Below are positions 1 to 9,627 of a stretch of DNA of 64,000 bases, piece by piece. The notes beneath the pieces are model-generated. The model saw nothing but the letters and a program-made list of their open reading frames with translations, was not told where the DNA came from and made no database searches. The position numbers and the translations under genes were made by a program. How positions within the stretch are numbered: position 1 is the first letter of the stretch; each line of letters opens with the position of its first letter. This DNA is from Cyanobacteria bacterium J06626_4 (lineage in GTDB: Bacteria; Cyanobacteriota; Cyanobacteriia; Phormidesmidales; Phormidesmidaceae), in NCBI GenBank assembly GCA_038523235.1, contig JBCBJQ010000020.1:15068-79067 (forward strand), given 5' to 3'.

Positions 1-1
1 G

Positions 2-565
2 GAGCCCAGCCAGTCAAGACTCAACGGTCATCATCTGACGGCTAAAGAAAATGATGAGCTGCACGCTCAATTGCCGGCCGGCACGCCCTCGGCACGCTTT
101 TTGGATTTGTTCGAATTCTTAGATTTGATTAAGCTGCTGCATACCAAATCGCAGAGCGAATATCCGCCCAACCGGCGCATGCCCCTGAGTGATGCCTTAA
201 CTGAGCACATCAAGTTTCGTCTGCTCCACTCGGGCACCGTGACTCAAGTTGATATTCCCTTTTTATCGATTCCCATTTTTGCCCTTACCCGCACCCACTA
301 CTCCCCCAAGGGCGAACGTGAGCGGGTCTTTACCATGATGGATGACCTGGCTCGGTTCAGTAAATTGATGCAGGGGTGGGTGGTAGAGCGACCGGATATT
401 TTGCGTGGCTTAGAAGTCTTTGACGTTCCCCAAGACCAGCGTCATGAAGCCTTAACCGAGCTCGACAGTCTGCTCAAAGCCTGGGCTGACAAATATCATC
501 AAGAGGGAGGCTATCCCATGATTCTGCAGTTGGCAGCGGGCACCCGTGAATTAGGCGAAGCGTAG
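2..565 (+). CDS. hetR: Divergent HetR paralogue, C-terminal part (flap and hood domains); 5' end lies outside the window
   Basis: Frame is open from base 2 (EPSQSRLNGHHLTAKENDELHAQLPAG...). It aligns by eye with the HetR at 34446: LH.kSQ, LSdAL.EHI..RL..SGTV, YSP, ELD..l.AWADKYH..GG.PM.LQ. Confidence 0.85.
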   Translation, partial: EPSQSRLNGHHLTAKENDELHAQLPAGTPSARFLDLFEFLDLIKLLHTKSQSEYPPNRRMPLSDALTEHIKFRLLHSGTVTQVDIPFLSIPIFALTRTHYSPKGERERVFTMMDDLARFSKLMQGWVVERPDILRGLEVFDVPQDQRHEALTELDSLLKAWADKYHQEGGYPMILQLAAGTRELGEA

Positions 566-1219
566 AGTGGTATGAGGCAGTACCTATTGCCGTTGATTGC
601 GAGCTGCAGGTAAAAGATAGCTAACGTACGCATCGAACTTCTTGGGGGCCTCACTCTTAGCCAACAAGTTTTTTAAGTCAGCGATGGGGGCTGATAAGCT
701 AACGAAACATCGCTCAATCTAGAGATAATTGGCACTCCTGGCTGGGCGCGATCGCCTATCCTCATCCGCTGTCATCCCTACATCGATCACCGTCACTAGC
801 ATTCTCCGCTATCGGGCTCTTTATAGACCTCTCAGCTCATCTCTCGTCGATTGCCGGACACTTGGGCGAACTCTAGCTTAGATATCCACACGGCCAATCG
901 CGCTCTTGTCAACAGTGCAATTGCGTCAGTAATATTCAAAGATACGGAGAGAGTATATGTCAGACGACCGGTCAAGAGGTCACTGTTTGCAAATGCTGTC
1001 CTCGGCAGATTTATCGAGGCGAGATGAAGCCGTGAACTCGCTAAACTTAACGCTACACAAGTTGGAAAGCTGGCAACCCAGATAGACTACCTCTTAACCT
1101 AATTGTTGTTAATGGCGATCAACGCAATATCATCCTTCTTAGAGCAATGTTTGCCAGAATTAAGGCCTGGGCACCTTAAAATTACGCTCCACCCCCACTC
1201 TGAGTTACAATTCCCTCCT

Positions 1220-1699
1220 ATGCTTCAGCAAATCGAGCAACTCTGCAAAGATACTGACGGTAGATATGCCACTGATTCTGAACTGATGTTCTTTCAGGAT
1301 TATCTCAAAACCGCAAGATTACGATTTACGCTTTATCAAAAGCTCCAAAAGCTAGAACCTCAGATTGTTCAGCAAGTTTTGCAGCAGCTGCGAGATAAAG
1401 ATCCCACCCTGCTAAAGATAGGCGACACCGAACTGACCGCGAAATGGCAGCGAGATACTATTCGGCTCTTACGCTATGCCGCTACGGCTTTGTTGTCAGA
1501 CGATCCTCAGATCTTTAAGGATTGCATGCTGATCTGGTTTCAAACCATCATGAAATCATTTAAGGCTGAGCGGAGTTGCGAAGCGACTTATCAGATCATG
1601 CAATCTGTGGTCAAAGCCGCACTAACGCCTGATGAAGCTGCTCTTTTTTGTCCACTATTAGAGATGAGCCGTGCCAGCTTGGGCACGACAGCTCAGTAG
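1220..1699 (+). CDS. Phycobiliprotein/globin-fold protein (Slr0149/Slr0146-like, Pap cluster)
   Basis: DGRYATDSEL resembles the phycobiliprotein N-terminal RYL...EL motif, and RD...LRY matches the bilin-binding helix. Probable ATG start at 1220 within ORF 1103-1699. Confidence 0.7.
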   Translation: MLQQIEQLCKDTDGRYATDSELMFFQDYLKTARLRFTLYQKLQKLEPQIVQQVLQQLRDKDPTLLKIGDTELTAKWQRDTIRLLRYAATALLSDDPQIFKDCMLIWFQTIMKSFKAERSCEATYQIMQSVVKAALTPDEAALFCPLLEMSRASLGTTAQ

Positions 1700-2078
1700 T
1701 TTAATCAGGGTTTAGAGCTTTCTGCTACTGTTTTCAGTGGGGTTTATAAGTATTTCCTCAGAGGGATTGCCCATCCAGTTTTTGGCTCCACGGGATCAAA
1801 TCGCAGACGTCTGTTTCAGTAATTGCCATGAGTAGATTTTCTCAGTCTTTTCCAGCAGTCGTGCCTGAAGTCTGGAGAATCGGCGGATAAGGTGCTTTTT
1901 GCAGTTTGAGTTAATGGAATTTGAGAATTTATATGTCCAAAATCTGCCAGAATTGACATACTAAAGAAGGTGACTTTTAAGAATTTTCAACTTCGACAAC
2001 GGATAGTTGAGATCGGTAACTGATTGGGCACATTACACCCATCAGATCAATAAAAACGAGCTTTGCAGGCAGGGATTT

Positions 2079-2765
2079 ATGGCTACCACTTTATTGGCAA
2101 ACACACATCAGCAGCACGACCGCCATCCCAAGAAACATAATCACTACAGCTTTAAGGACTTTTTTCAATTCAATCCTGAAGTGGGTAGCGTCGTTGATTG
2201 GAACGGGGGGCGCAATTTTTTCTCGAGTGAAGACTTTATTATTGGTCTGTTAGAGGGCTTGGAAGAGGAAGTCGGTGAGGCCTCTGCTGCCATCATGTAC
2301 TCCATCGGGCTGGAATGGGGGAAGCATGATTCATTATTCTTCGAGAGCTGGTTTGAAAAAGAATTTGGCATGAATGCCCGGACTGCCAATCTGATGTTTT
2401 TGCTAGAAACCTGGTGGTGGCCATTTACCTCTCAAGGCTGGGGCCGTTGGGAAGTTGACATGAGCGATCGCAAACAGGGCTTCATGTTTATCAACGTCTT
2501 TGACTCAGCGGTGGCGCGCACCCTAGGTGATGTCGGCAAGCCAGTTTGCCACATCTATGCCGGGCTCTTCGCCGGGTTCTTTACTGAAATGGTGCGTAAG
2601 CAGCTCAGCTGCATCGAAATTCAGTGTTATTCCATGGGCGAAACTTATTGCAAGTTTCTGCTGGGGGGCAAAGATCGGATCGATGCCGCCGCCTTTTGGA
2701 TGAATGAGGGCGCTACCGCCCGTGACATTGAGAAGCGCCTGCGATCTGGGGAGGCAGTGGGATGA
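2079..2765 (+). CDS. V4R domain protein (Slr0144-like)
   Basis: GWGRW, PVCHIYAGLFAGFF and CIEIQCYSMGETYCKF are V4R signatures. ATG at 2079. Confidence 0.8.
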   Translation: MATTLLANTHQQHDRHPKKHNHYSFKDFFQFNPEVGSVVDWNGGRNFFSSEDFIIGLLEGLEEEVGEASAAIMYSIGLEWGKHDSLFFESWFEKEFGMNARTANLMFLLETWWWPFTSQGWGRWEVDMSDRKQGFMFINVFDSAVARTLGDVGKPVCHIYAGLFAGFFTEMVRKQLSCIEIQCYSMGETYCKFLLGGKDRIDAAAFWMNEGATARDIEKRLRSGEAVG

Positions 2766-3064
2766 GTTACGCGACTACTCAAAATGGTCATGTCACCCTA
2801 CCCTTAACTTGGTCAACGGTCTCCGTCCGCGATTTTTTTGCACAACTGCCCTGGACTGGCGAAGCGCCTCTGCCAACCCTGCAGACTGCAGCCACTGCGG
2901 ACCTGCCAACGCTGACCATGCAGCTCAAAGTCAGTGATTTTTTCAGCCGCTTTCCCTGGACCGGTCAGCCCGATATTGGCACCCCGGTAGCGCCCATCAC
3001 CGTGCAGCCTGACCTGCCTGCCGAAGACGACCTGACGCTCGATGGGTTTGCCGATTTATTTTGA
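2762..3064 (+). CDS. Small hypothetical protein with an internal repeat (Slr0145-like position)
   Basis: ATGA overlap with the upstream gene. Repeat V.DFF...PWTG occurs twice. Confidence 0.65.
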   Translation: MSYATTQNGHVTLPLTWSTVSVRDFFAQLPWTGEAPLPTLQTAATADLPTLTMQLKVSDFFSRFPWTGQPDIGTPVAPITVQPDLPAEDDLTLDGFADLF

Positions 3065-3165
3065 AATTCCTAGGTGAACCGCATGCTACGGCATGGTGCC
3101 CTCCTAGAGTGAATTAGTGAATTGTTGCTTGACGCCATTGACCCATTGATTTGGAGCGTAGTTTT

Positions 3166-3687
3166 ATGAATCCTAAACTTGCATCATTGTTTGATGAGCC
3201 CGAAAAGGCCTACCTGCAGCCTCACGAACTCAATGCTTTGAGCCAACTCGTGAGTTCGCTGCCTGATCGCATCAACCTCTATCGTCGCCTACGCAACGAA
3301 GAACTCACTCTCATGCAGGCGGTGGCCGATGCGCTGCAGCAAAAATTTGCCCAAGAGCCGGAAGACAAACTTAAGCGCAGCCTGCAGAACGGCATGTTGA
3401 TGGTGCGATATGCTGCAATGGCCATGCTCGCTGACGATGTCGAGATCGTCGTCAAACGGTTGGAACCCTGGTTGCCGGAGATGATCGAGGCCTATGATAC
3501 CCGCGCCATTGATCAAGCACTGTACCAGCTCATTCGAGAGCAGTTTGTGAGCCGGTTTACCCCTGCTCAAATGACCCTACTGGCCCCTGGACTGGATGCC
3601 GCTCAGCAATTTATCACACCACCGAGCGCCGCAAACGACGACGATGACGCTGAAATTACCAGTGAAACACTGGTGAGCTTATTTTAA
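3166..3687 (+). CDS. Phycobiliprotein/globin-fold protein (Slr0146-like)
   Basis: EPEKAYLQPHEL N-terminal motif and RYAAMAML helix. Paralogous to 1220-1699. Confidence 0.65.
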   Translation: MNPKLASLFDEPEKAYLQPHELNALSQLVSSLPDRINLYRRLRNEELTLMQAVADALQQKFAQEPEDKLKRSLQNGMLMVRYAAMAMLADDVEIVVKRLEPWLPEMIEAYDTRAIDQALYQLIREQFVSRFTPAQMTLLAPGLDAAQQFITPPSAANDDDDAEITSETLVSLF

Positions 3688-3712
3688 GTAGTAATTACCG
3701 GAAGGATGACCG

Positions 3713-4369
3713 ATGATTTCTGTTGCTGATCTACTCGTTGACGATCGCCTGCCAAGTAATTACTTTGCCAGTGATGTCTATGTCCAAGGCACTCTCGAAT
3801 TAGGTCTGCTAGAAAACCGGCGTGGTGATCGCTTACTAGCTCTGCCCGATGCGTTAATGAAAGCGATCGTGTCAGGCTTGAATAAAGAGACCGGACAGGC
3901 CACCAAGTATGTGCTGAAAAACTGTGGTCTTTGGTGGGGGAAGAACTTCTACGCTCGGTTTTGTGAAGAACTGAGTGAGTATTACAAAAAAGGCGTCGCT
4001 GACCTGCCAATGGTTGAGTTTGTTCAAGCCCTGCAAGAATGCTGGCGGACTCATGGCTGGGGCCGAATCAGCTTGAATACGGAATATCAGCTGCAGGGGT
4101 TTTTGGTCATTGAGGTGAAAAACTCTCCCTTTACAGCTCACCAGATTCAGTCTGAGCAGCCTTCTGGGGCGTTAGAAGGTGGGGTTTTACAAGCCTTTTT
4201 TAGCCAACTCACGGGCCGCGACCTCAGCTGCCTGCAAACGAGTTGTGAATCCCTTGGAGCTGATCGCAACCGCTTTGTGCTGGGGTTGGCGGATCGTCTG
4301 CAGTCGGCGGAAGCCTTAGTCCAAGAAGGGCAGCCCCACGATGCCATTATGAAAATGCTGATTCAGTAA
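3713..4369 (+). CDS. V4R domain protein (Slr0147-like)
   Basis: GWGRI and GVLQAFFSQLTGRDLSCLQTSCESLG. Confidence 0.75.
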   Translation: MISVADLLVDDRLPSNYFASDVYVQGTLELGLLENRRGDRLLALPDALMKAIVSGLNKETGQATKYVLKNCGLWWGKNFYARFCEELSEYYKKGVADLPMVEFVQALQECWRTHGWGRISLNTEYQLQGFLVIEVKNSPFTAHQIQSEQPSGALEGGVLQAFFSQLTGRDLSCLQTSCESLGADRNRFVLGLADRLQSAEALVQEGQPHDAIMKMLIQ

Positions 4370-4390
4370 CCCTTTATAACTGATCCCTTT

Positions 4391-6172
4391 GTGTCATCGA
4401 CAACACTCCCACGAAAGTTTCGCAGCTCCAAATATCGGTCACTAGGGTTAGTAGGGCAAGGACAATTTGGGCAGGTTTACTGCGCCATCCATCGCAAAAC
4501 AGGCCGATTGGTGGCGCTTAAGCATTTAAACCGCAAGCGCTTTGCTACGCACCAGTTTTTGCGTGAGCTGCGGTTTTTGTTGAGTTTAGATCACCCCCAC
4601 ATTGCCAACTGTTTATCGCTTAATCAAGCGAGTAACGGCCGCCAACTCGTATTGGAATATTGTGAAGGGGGCACCCTCCGCGACCTCTTAGAACAAGACA
4701 CCCAGTTGACCTTGGCGGAGATTCTGACCCTCATCATCGCCGTGCTGGAGGCACTGGAACATGCCCATCGCAAGAATATTGTTCACTGCGACATTAAGCC
4801 TGAGAACATTTTATTGACCTTAGAACCCGATGGCTGGCGGCCCAAAGTTTCTGATTTTGGCATCGCTCGCTTGAGTGAAGAACTACGATCTGGCCATACG
4901 GGTGCTACTGGCTCGCCTGCCTATATGGCACCAGAGCGATTTTACTATCAAGTTTCGGCGGCCTCTGATCTCTACGCGATTGGCGTGGTTCTATACGAGC
5001 TTTTGGTGGGGGCGCGGCCTTTTGCCGGTAGCTACAACCAGCTCATGGTGTCTCATCTCAACCATGAAGTGAAGCTGCCGGCGGCTGTCCCCTTGGCGAT
5101 TCAAGAGATTCTCAAGAAAGCTACCGAAAAACTGATTCCTCGGCGCTTTCAGAATGCCACAGAGATGAAAGCGAGTCTCCTCGCGGCACGCCAATCATTT
5201 ACGGCGGCTGAGTTGCGCGATCGCTTTCCTAAATCATCGCTACCAACCTCCAGCAGTGAGTATGTCCCACGGCGGCCCATCTCTTTGTCGAGAGCTTGTA
5301 CGGCCTTAAGCCTGTCGCCCAAGGATGCACCCACGGCACATCTGACTGGAGCTTTTCACCAAGACGTCTATCGCTGGCCGTTGTCGCCCACCGCCGAGCT
5401 TGAGCGACTCACCCCCCAGCAACACTGGCATTTAGAGCACAATGTAGCTCAGATTCTGCAAACTGTAGCCGGGGCGGTGGCCGTCACAGCTCACGCCGTT
5501 TACCAGCTGCAAGAGACCGAGTCAGTTCAGTTGCTGATGGCGTTTGACGAGCCCATTGCGGTTTTGCCCGGTAGCGATCGCTGGCTCATTGTCCGGAGTG
5601 CCGTCTCAGGGGCAGATTATTGGCTGGTTGATGTGTTGTCTAAAGTCCCCGTTGAGCCTTACTGGTTTACGCTACTGGCCCCCAGTGAGCCCACCTACGC
5701 CTTAGCTTTGAACGAGCGTTACTTTCTCATCGCAGCCGTCAATGGCCACCAAACTGATCTGCAGTTTGTTACCCGTTGGGGCCAATCTCTTGGTCAACTC
5801 CATCTGCAATCGCCGATTCATCAGCTCGCGACTAGCCAAATCCCCAATTGCTTCCTCGCGCAAGCGGGTACGGAAAAAACTGATTTGCTGATCGTTCACC
5901 TGCGACCCTATCGCGTGATTCGCTGTCGTCTCGACATTATGTTCGAGTGGCTGGGTGAATTAGTGACGGGCTTTGTCGCGATTAGCACGATGGGGCAAAT
6001 GCGGCTCGTGAACTTGCAAGGCCAGGTGATTGGGCAAGTCACGAATTTGCCAATTCCTCGAGCGATCGCCTTTCAGGCCCCCTATCACATCTGGCTAACG
6101 AGCGAACAGTCTGGCAAGCCGCAACTGCATCGCTTGGATATTCGTGAGCTCAATTTGGACATTGTCTTTTAA
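4391..6172 (+). CDS. Hanks-type Ser/Thr protein kinase (SpkG/Slr0152-like) with a beta-rich C-terminal domain
   Basis: GQGQFGQV, VALK, HCDIKPEN, DFG and YMAPE motifs. Terminal gene of the Pap-like cluster. Confidence 0.9.
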   Translation: MSSTTLPRKFRSSKYRSLGLVGQGQFGQVYCAIHRKTGRLVALKHLNRKRFATHQFLRELRFLLSLDHPHIANCLSLNQASNGRQLVLEYCEGGTLRDLLEQDTQLTLAEILTLIIAVLEALEHAHRKNIVHCDIKPENILLTLEPDGWRPKVSDFGIARLSEELRSGHTGATGSPAYMAPERFYYQVSAASDLYAIGVVLYELLVGARPFAGSYNQLMVSHLNHEVKLPAAVPLAIQEILKKATEKLIPRRFQNATEMKASLLAARQSFTAAELRDRFPKSSLPTSSSEYVPRRPISLSRACTALSLSPKDAPTAHLTGAFHQDVYRWPLSPTAELERLTPQQHWHLEHNVAQILQTVAGAVAVTAHAVYQLQETESVQLLMAFDEPIAVLPGSDRWLIVRSAVSGADYWLVDVLSKVPVEPYWFTLLAPSEPTYALALNERYFLIAAVNGHQTDLQFVTRWGQSLGQLHLQSPIHQLATSQIPNCFLAQAGTEKTDLLIVHLRPYRVIRCRLDIMFEWLGELVTGFVAISTMGQMRLVNLQGQVIGQVTNLPIPRAIAFQAPYHIWLTSEQSGKPQLHRLDIRELNLDIVF

Positions 6173-6268
6173 GGGAACGAATCGAGATTTGTCGCCCAAA
6201 CGGTTGTTTGTGTCCTGCTCCAACCGATATGTTCCTAAAGCATAGAAATTGCTTGGAAGGACACGATC

Positions 6269-6661
6269 TTGCTGGAATACATCACCCTCCCCGATAATAT
6301 TTTGCCGCCAGTGGCGCCCTACTCCCATGCGGTGCGCGCCGGAGATTTCTTATTCGTCACGGGGCAACTTGCCGAAGATCCGCTCTCGGGAGACGTCAAA
6401 AAAGATGCGATTGAGGCCCAAACCACCCAGGTCATGGAAAACCTACAGCGGGTTCTAACCCATGCGGGTAGTGGGTTTGATCGGGTTGTCATGGCTCGCA
6501 TCTTCGTCACTGACTTTCGCTATTACGAAGCCGTCAACCAGGTGTATGCCAGCTACTGTACAGCAGGCAAACTGCCGAGCCGAACGACAGTAGGGGTAAC
6601 GGCATTAGCCGGATTCGGCGATGTTGAGATCGACCTCATCGTGTACTGCGGTCAATCATAA
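6269..6661 (+). CDS. RidA/YjgF family enamine deaminase
   Basis: PYSHAV, FVTGQL, PSRTTVGV and VEID motifs. Confidence 0.9.
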   Translation: MLEYITLPDNILPPVAPYSHAVRAGDFLFVTGQLAEDPLSGDVKKDAIEAQTTQVMENLQRVLTHAGSGFDRVVMARIFVTDFRYYEAVNQVYASYCTAGKLPSRTTVGVTALAGFGDVEIDLIVYCGQS

Positions 6662-7126
6662 AACGCCCGCCAAGTAGAGAACTGCCCTATCGGATGTGAA
6701 GCCAATGCAGGGACAGGCCCCGTAGCCAGGGATAACCCCAATTCTCTGAAACTGGACTACAGATCTTCCTTATTCCCTACGGGAAGGCTATGCCAACGAC
6801 TCCGCTCAAGGAACTTAGGCTGAGCGGAGTCAAAGCCGACTTGTCTATGCAGCTGTAATTTGTAGAACTGGTAAATTGCTGGCAATCAGCTAAGGCCTTT
6901 ACACAGGGGATTTTCTCACTGTATTGACAGGGAATTTGGCAGCTCTAGAGTTAACCCAATTGAGCCGATACCTTTGTAGGAGCAGCAGCTCTGGCGAGTG
7001 CTTGCTCAACTCTCCAAAAATCAAACTCAGACATCACTGGATGCCTGAGTTTGATACAAAACTGATGAAGGGAGTCGCCGTTGTCAAGTTGATGATATCT
7101 CCTTGCAGCGCCAATGTCGGCGTCTT

Positions 7127-7375
7127 TTACAGGGCTGGTGTCGGTGTCGTCAACCAGCCAGCACTGAGCACCACCGTCAACCCCATAAACAGCGCTGTCA
7201 ACGTCCAAGTAACGCGATTGAGGGTGATTTCAGCGCTTTTGGTGCTGGTAAATAGTTGGGCTTGGCCGCCCAAAGCGCCGAGACCGTCACCCTTCGGACT
7301 GTGAAGCAGCACCAGAACGGTCAGGCCAATAGCGGCAACTGACCAGACAATTTTTACAATCGAAACGACAGTCAT
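7127..7375 (-). CDS. secG: Preprotein translocase subunit SecG
   Basis: VLLHSPKGDGLGALGGQAQLFTSTKSAE.TLNRVTW with two TM helices, downstream of gpmI. Confidence 0.93.
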   Translation of the reverse strand: MTVVSIVKIVWSVAAIGLTVLVLLHSPKGDGLGALGGQAQLFTSTKSAEITLNRVTWTLTALFMGLTVVLSAGWLTTPTPAL

Positions 7376-7554
7376 AGGTTCTAACATCTAGCCAATAAAA
7401 GTCAGATTGAGTGTCTGAGCCAAGCAATCTGTGTCGTCTTATCCTAACCTGAAATTTGTGTCATAAGGCCCCCAACCCTGTGCTGTGGACAGGGCAATGG
7501 TGTGACAAGTTACCTGATTGACCTGAAGCTTTGGTCAAATCAGGTGTTTATCAG

Positions 7555-9153
7555 CTAGAGGCTGACTCTTACCGGAGTGCGATTGGGTCGCACATCAATG
7601 GATGCAGTGATCATCATGGAGCGTCCGGTCATTTCCTCCGGTTTAGGGAGGTTCAAAATATCAAGAATGGTCGGCGCAATGTCTGACAGTCGCCCATCTT
7701 CGCGTAGCAACACTTCGGCCCCATGTCCGGGCACTGTAAGCTTTTCGCCCTCGACCAAAATAAAGGGTACTGGGTTGGTGGTGTGGGCCGTCCAGGGTTT
7801 ATGGTTTTCGTCCCACATGTATTCAGCGTTACCGTGGTCGGCAGTAATAATCGCCGTGCCACCAGCTCTGCCAATGCCATCCACGAGCCGCCCGACTTCG
7901 GCATCTACAGACTGAATCGCCTGCACCGTCGCGTCTAGGTTGCCGGTGTGGCCGACCATGTCGGGGTTCGCATAGTTAATCACAATCAACGAATACGTGC
8001 CTTTTTGAATCGCCGCGATCGCCGCATCAGTGACCCGGTTTGCCGACATGGGGGGAGCTTTGTCATAGGTCGTCACCTGAGGGCTAGGGATCAGCTCTCG
8101 ATCCTCTCCTTCAAACGGGTCTTCTAAACCACCGTTAAAGAAATACGTCACATGAGCGTACTTTTCCGTCTCAGCGGTGCGAAACTGCTTCAACCCTTGT
8201 GCAGCGATGACTTCGCCTAAAATTTTGCTCAGGTTTTGTGGCAGAAACGCCACCTGTACAGGCAAGTGCGAATCGTATTGAGTCATGGTGACGAAGTTGA
8301 GGGGCTCAACGAGCGATCGCTCAAACCCAGTAAATTCAGCATCCACAAACGCTTGGGTCAACTGTCGCGCTCGATCGGGGCGAAAGTTGAAGAAAATCAC
8401 GCCATCGCCCGGTTCAACTGCACCGGGAGCAATGCGGATCGGTTCGATAAACTCGTCAGTGATGCCGTTGGTGTAAGCCGCCTGCATAATTTCTACCGCA
8501 GAGCGCCCATCTCCCGACCCATCATTGACCATGACGCCATAGGCTTTTTCGACTCGATCCCAGCGGTGATCGCGATCCATGGCATAGTATCGACCACTGA
8601 GCGTGGCAATCCGGCCAACGCCTTGCGCTTCGGTAAAGTCTTGCAGCGCCTGCACCGAGCGGTAGCCGTCAGTCGGCTTTGTATCGCGTCCATCCGTAAT
8701 GACATGAATGCAGACCTCAGACACATCCTGAGCTTTGGCCATTTCTAACAGGCCCAACAAATGCTTAATGTGAGAATGCACACCGCCGTCTGAACACAAC
8801 CCCACAAAGTGCAGCTTGCTGTTGCGATAGCGCACCTTTTGACAGACCTCCAACAGGGCGGCATTTTTTTGAATGCTGCCATCCTCGATCGCATCAGACA
8901 CGCGAACTAGCTCTTGAGGCACAACGCGACCTGCCCCAATGTTGAGATGCCCCACCTCGGAGTTGCCCATTTGCCCCTCAGGCAAACCGACATCTTTGCC
9001 TGAGGTGTGCATCAGCGTGTGTGGATAGGCATGCCAGAGACTATCCATCACAGGCGTATCTGCAACGGTTACGGCATTACCATCAGTCTCGGCTCGATAC
9101 CCCCAACCATCTAAGATGATGAGCACCATAGGTGGGATAGGCGCTTGAGTCAT
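7555..9153 (-). CDS. gpmI: 2,3-bisphosphoglycerate-independent phosphoglycerate mutase
   Basis: ILDGWG, GNSEVGH, AETEKYAHVT, NPDMVGHTG and TADHGN motifs. Confidence 0.97.
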   Translation of the reverse strand: MTQAPIPPMVLIILDGWGYRAETDGNAVTVADTPVMDSLWHAYPHTLMHTSGKDVGLPEGQMGNSEVGHLNIGAGRVVPQELVRVSDAIEDGSIQKNAALLEVCQKVRYRNSKLHFVGLCSDGGVHSHIKHLLGLLEMAKAQDVSEVCIHVITDGRDTKPTDGYRSVQALQDFTEAQGVGRIATLSGRYYAMDRDHRWDRVEKAYGVMVNDGSGDGRSAVEIMQAAYTNGITDEFIEPIRIAPGAVEPGDGVIFFNFRPDRARQLTQAFVDAEFTGFERSLVEPLNFVTMTQYDSHLPVQVAFLPQNLSKILGEVIAAQGLKQFRTAETEKYAHVTYFFNGGLEDPFEGEDRELIPSPQVTTYDKAPPMSANRVTDAAIAAIQKGTYSLIVINYANPDMVGHTGNLDATVQAIQSVDAEVGRLVDGIGRAGGTAIITADHGNAEYMWDENHKPWTAHTTNPVPFILVEGEKLTVPGHGAEVLLREDGRLSDIAPTILDILNLPKPEEMTGRSMMITASIDVRPNRTPVRVSL

Positions 9154-9627
9154 TGGCTTTTAGGATTCCTGCAAACTAGGAGACAATTATTGGGGCGATC
9201 ATATCATCAGTTTTTCCTGAGATATAATCTCTTAAGATAAGATTCTTTTATTGAGTGCGGCTGCTAAAGCTCAGTGTTTGAATTGCCACGCTTTTTTCAA
9301 GAGCTTATCAGCAATTACCTCTTTTGCAAGGGTGGTCACACTTTGAGCGATCGCTGAGAAGCGGCTGGCCGAGGAATAGCATGAATTTTAGTAACGCATT
9401 TCTCAGAATACTGCGACTTTTAGCGGGAAATCTGATTCTGGGAGCGGGAAAATTCTCAGTTTTCTTGACTATTTTTGGAGAAAATCAATCGCTAGTTTTG
9501 CGGGCAGTGAAAAGCCCAATCCTATGAAAGATCATAATTAGGGAGAAGACCATGTGGCGCTGATGCGGCTGAACTGCTCCATCGCGATCCATTCAAGCCG
9601 AGATGATGCAGCTTGGTGACCACGCCG

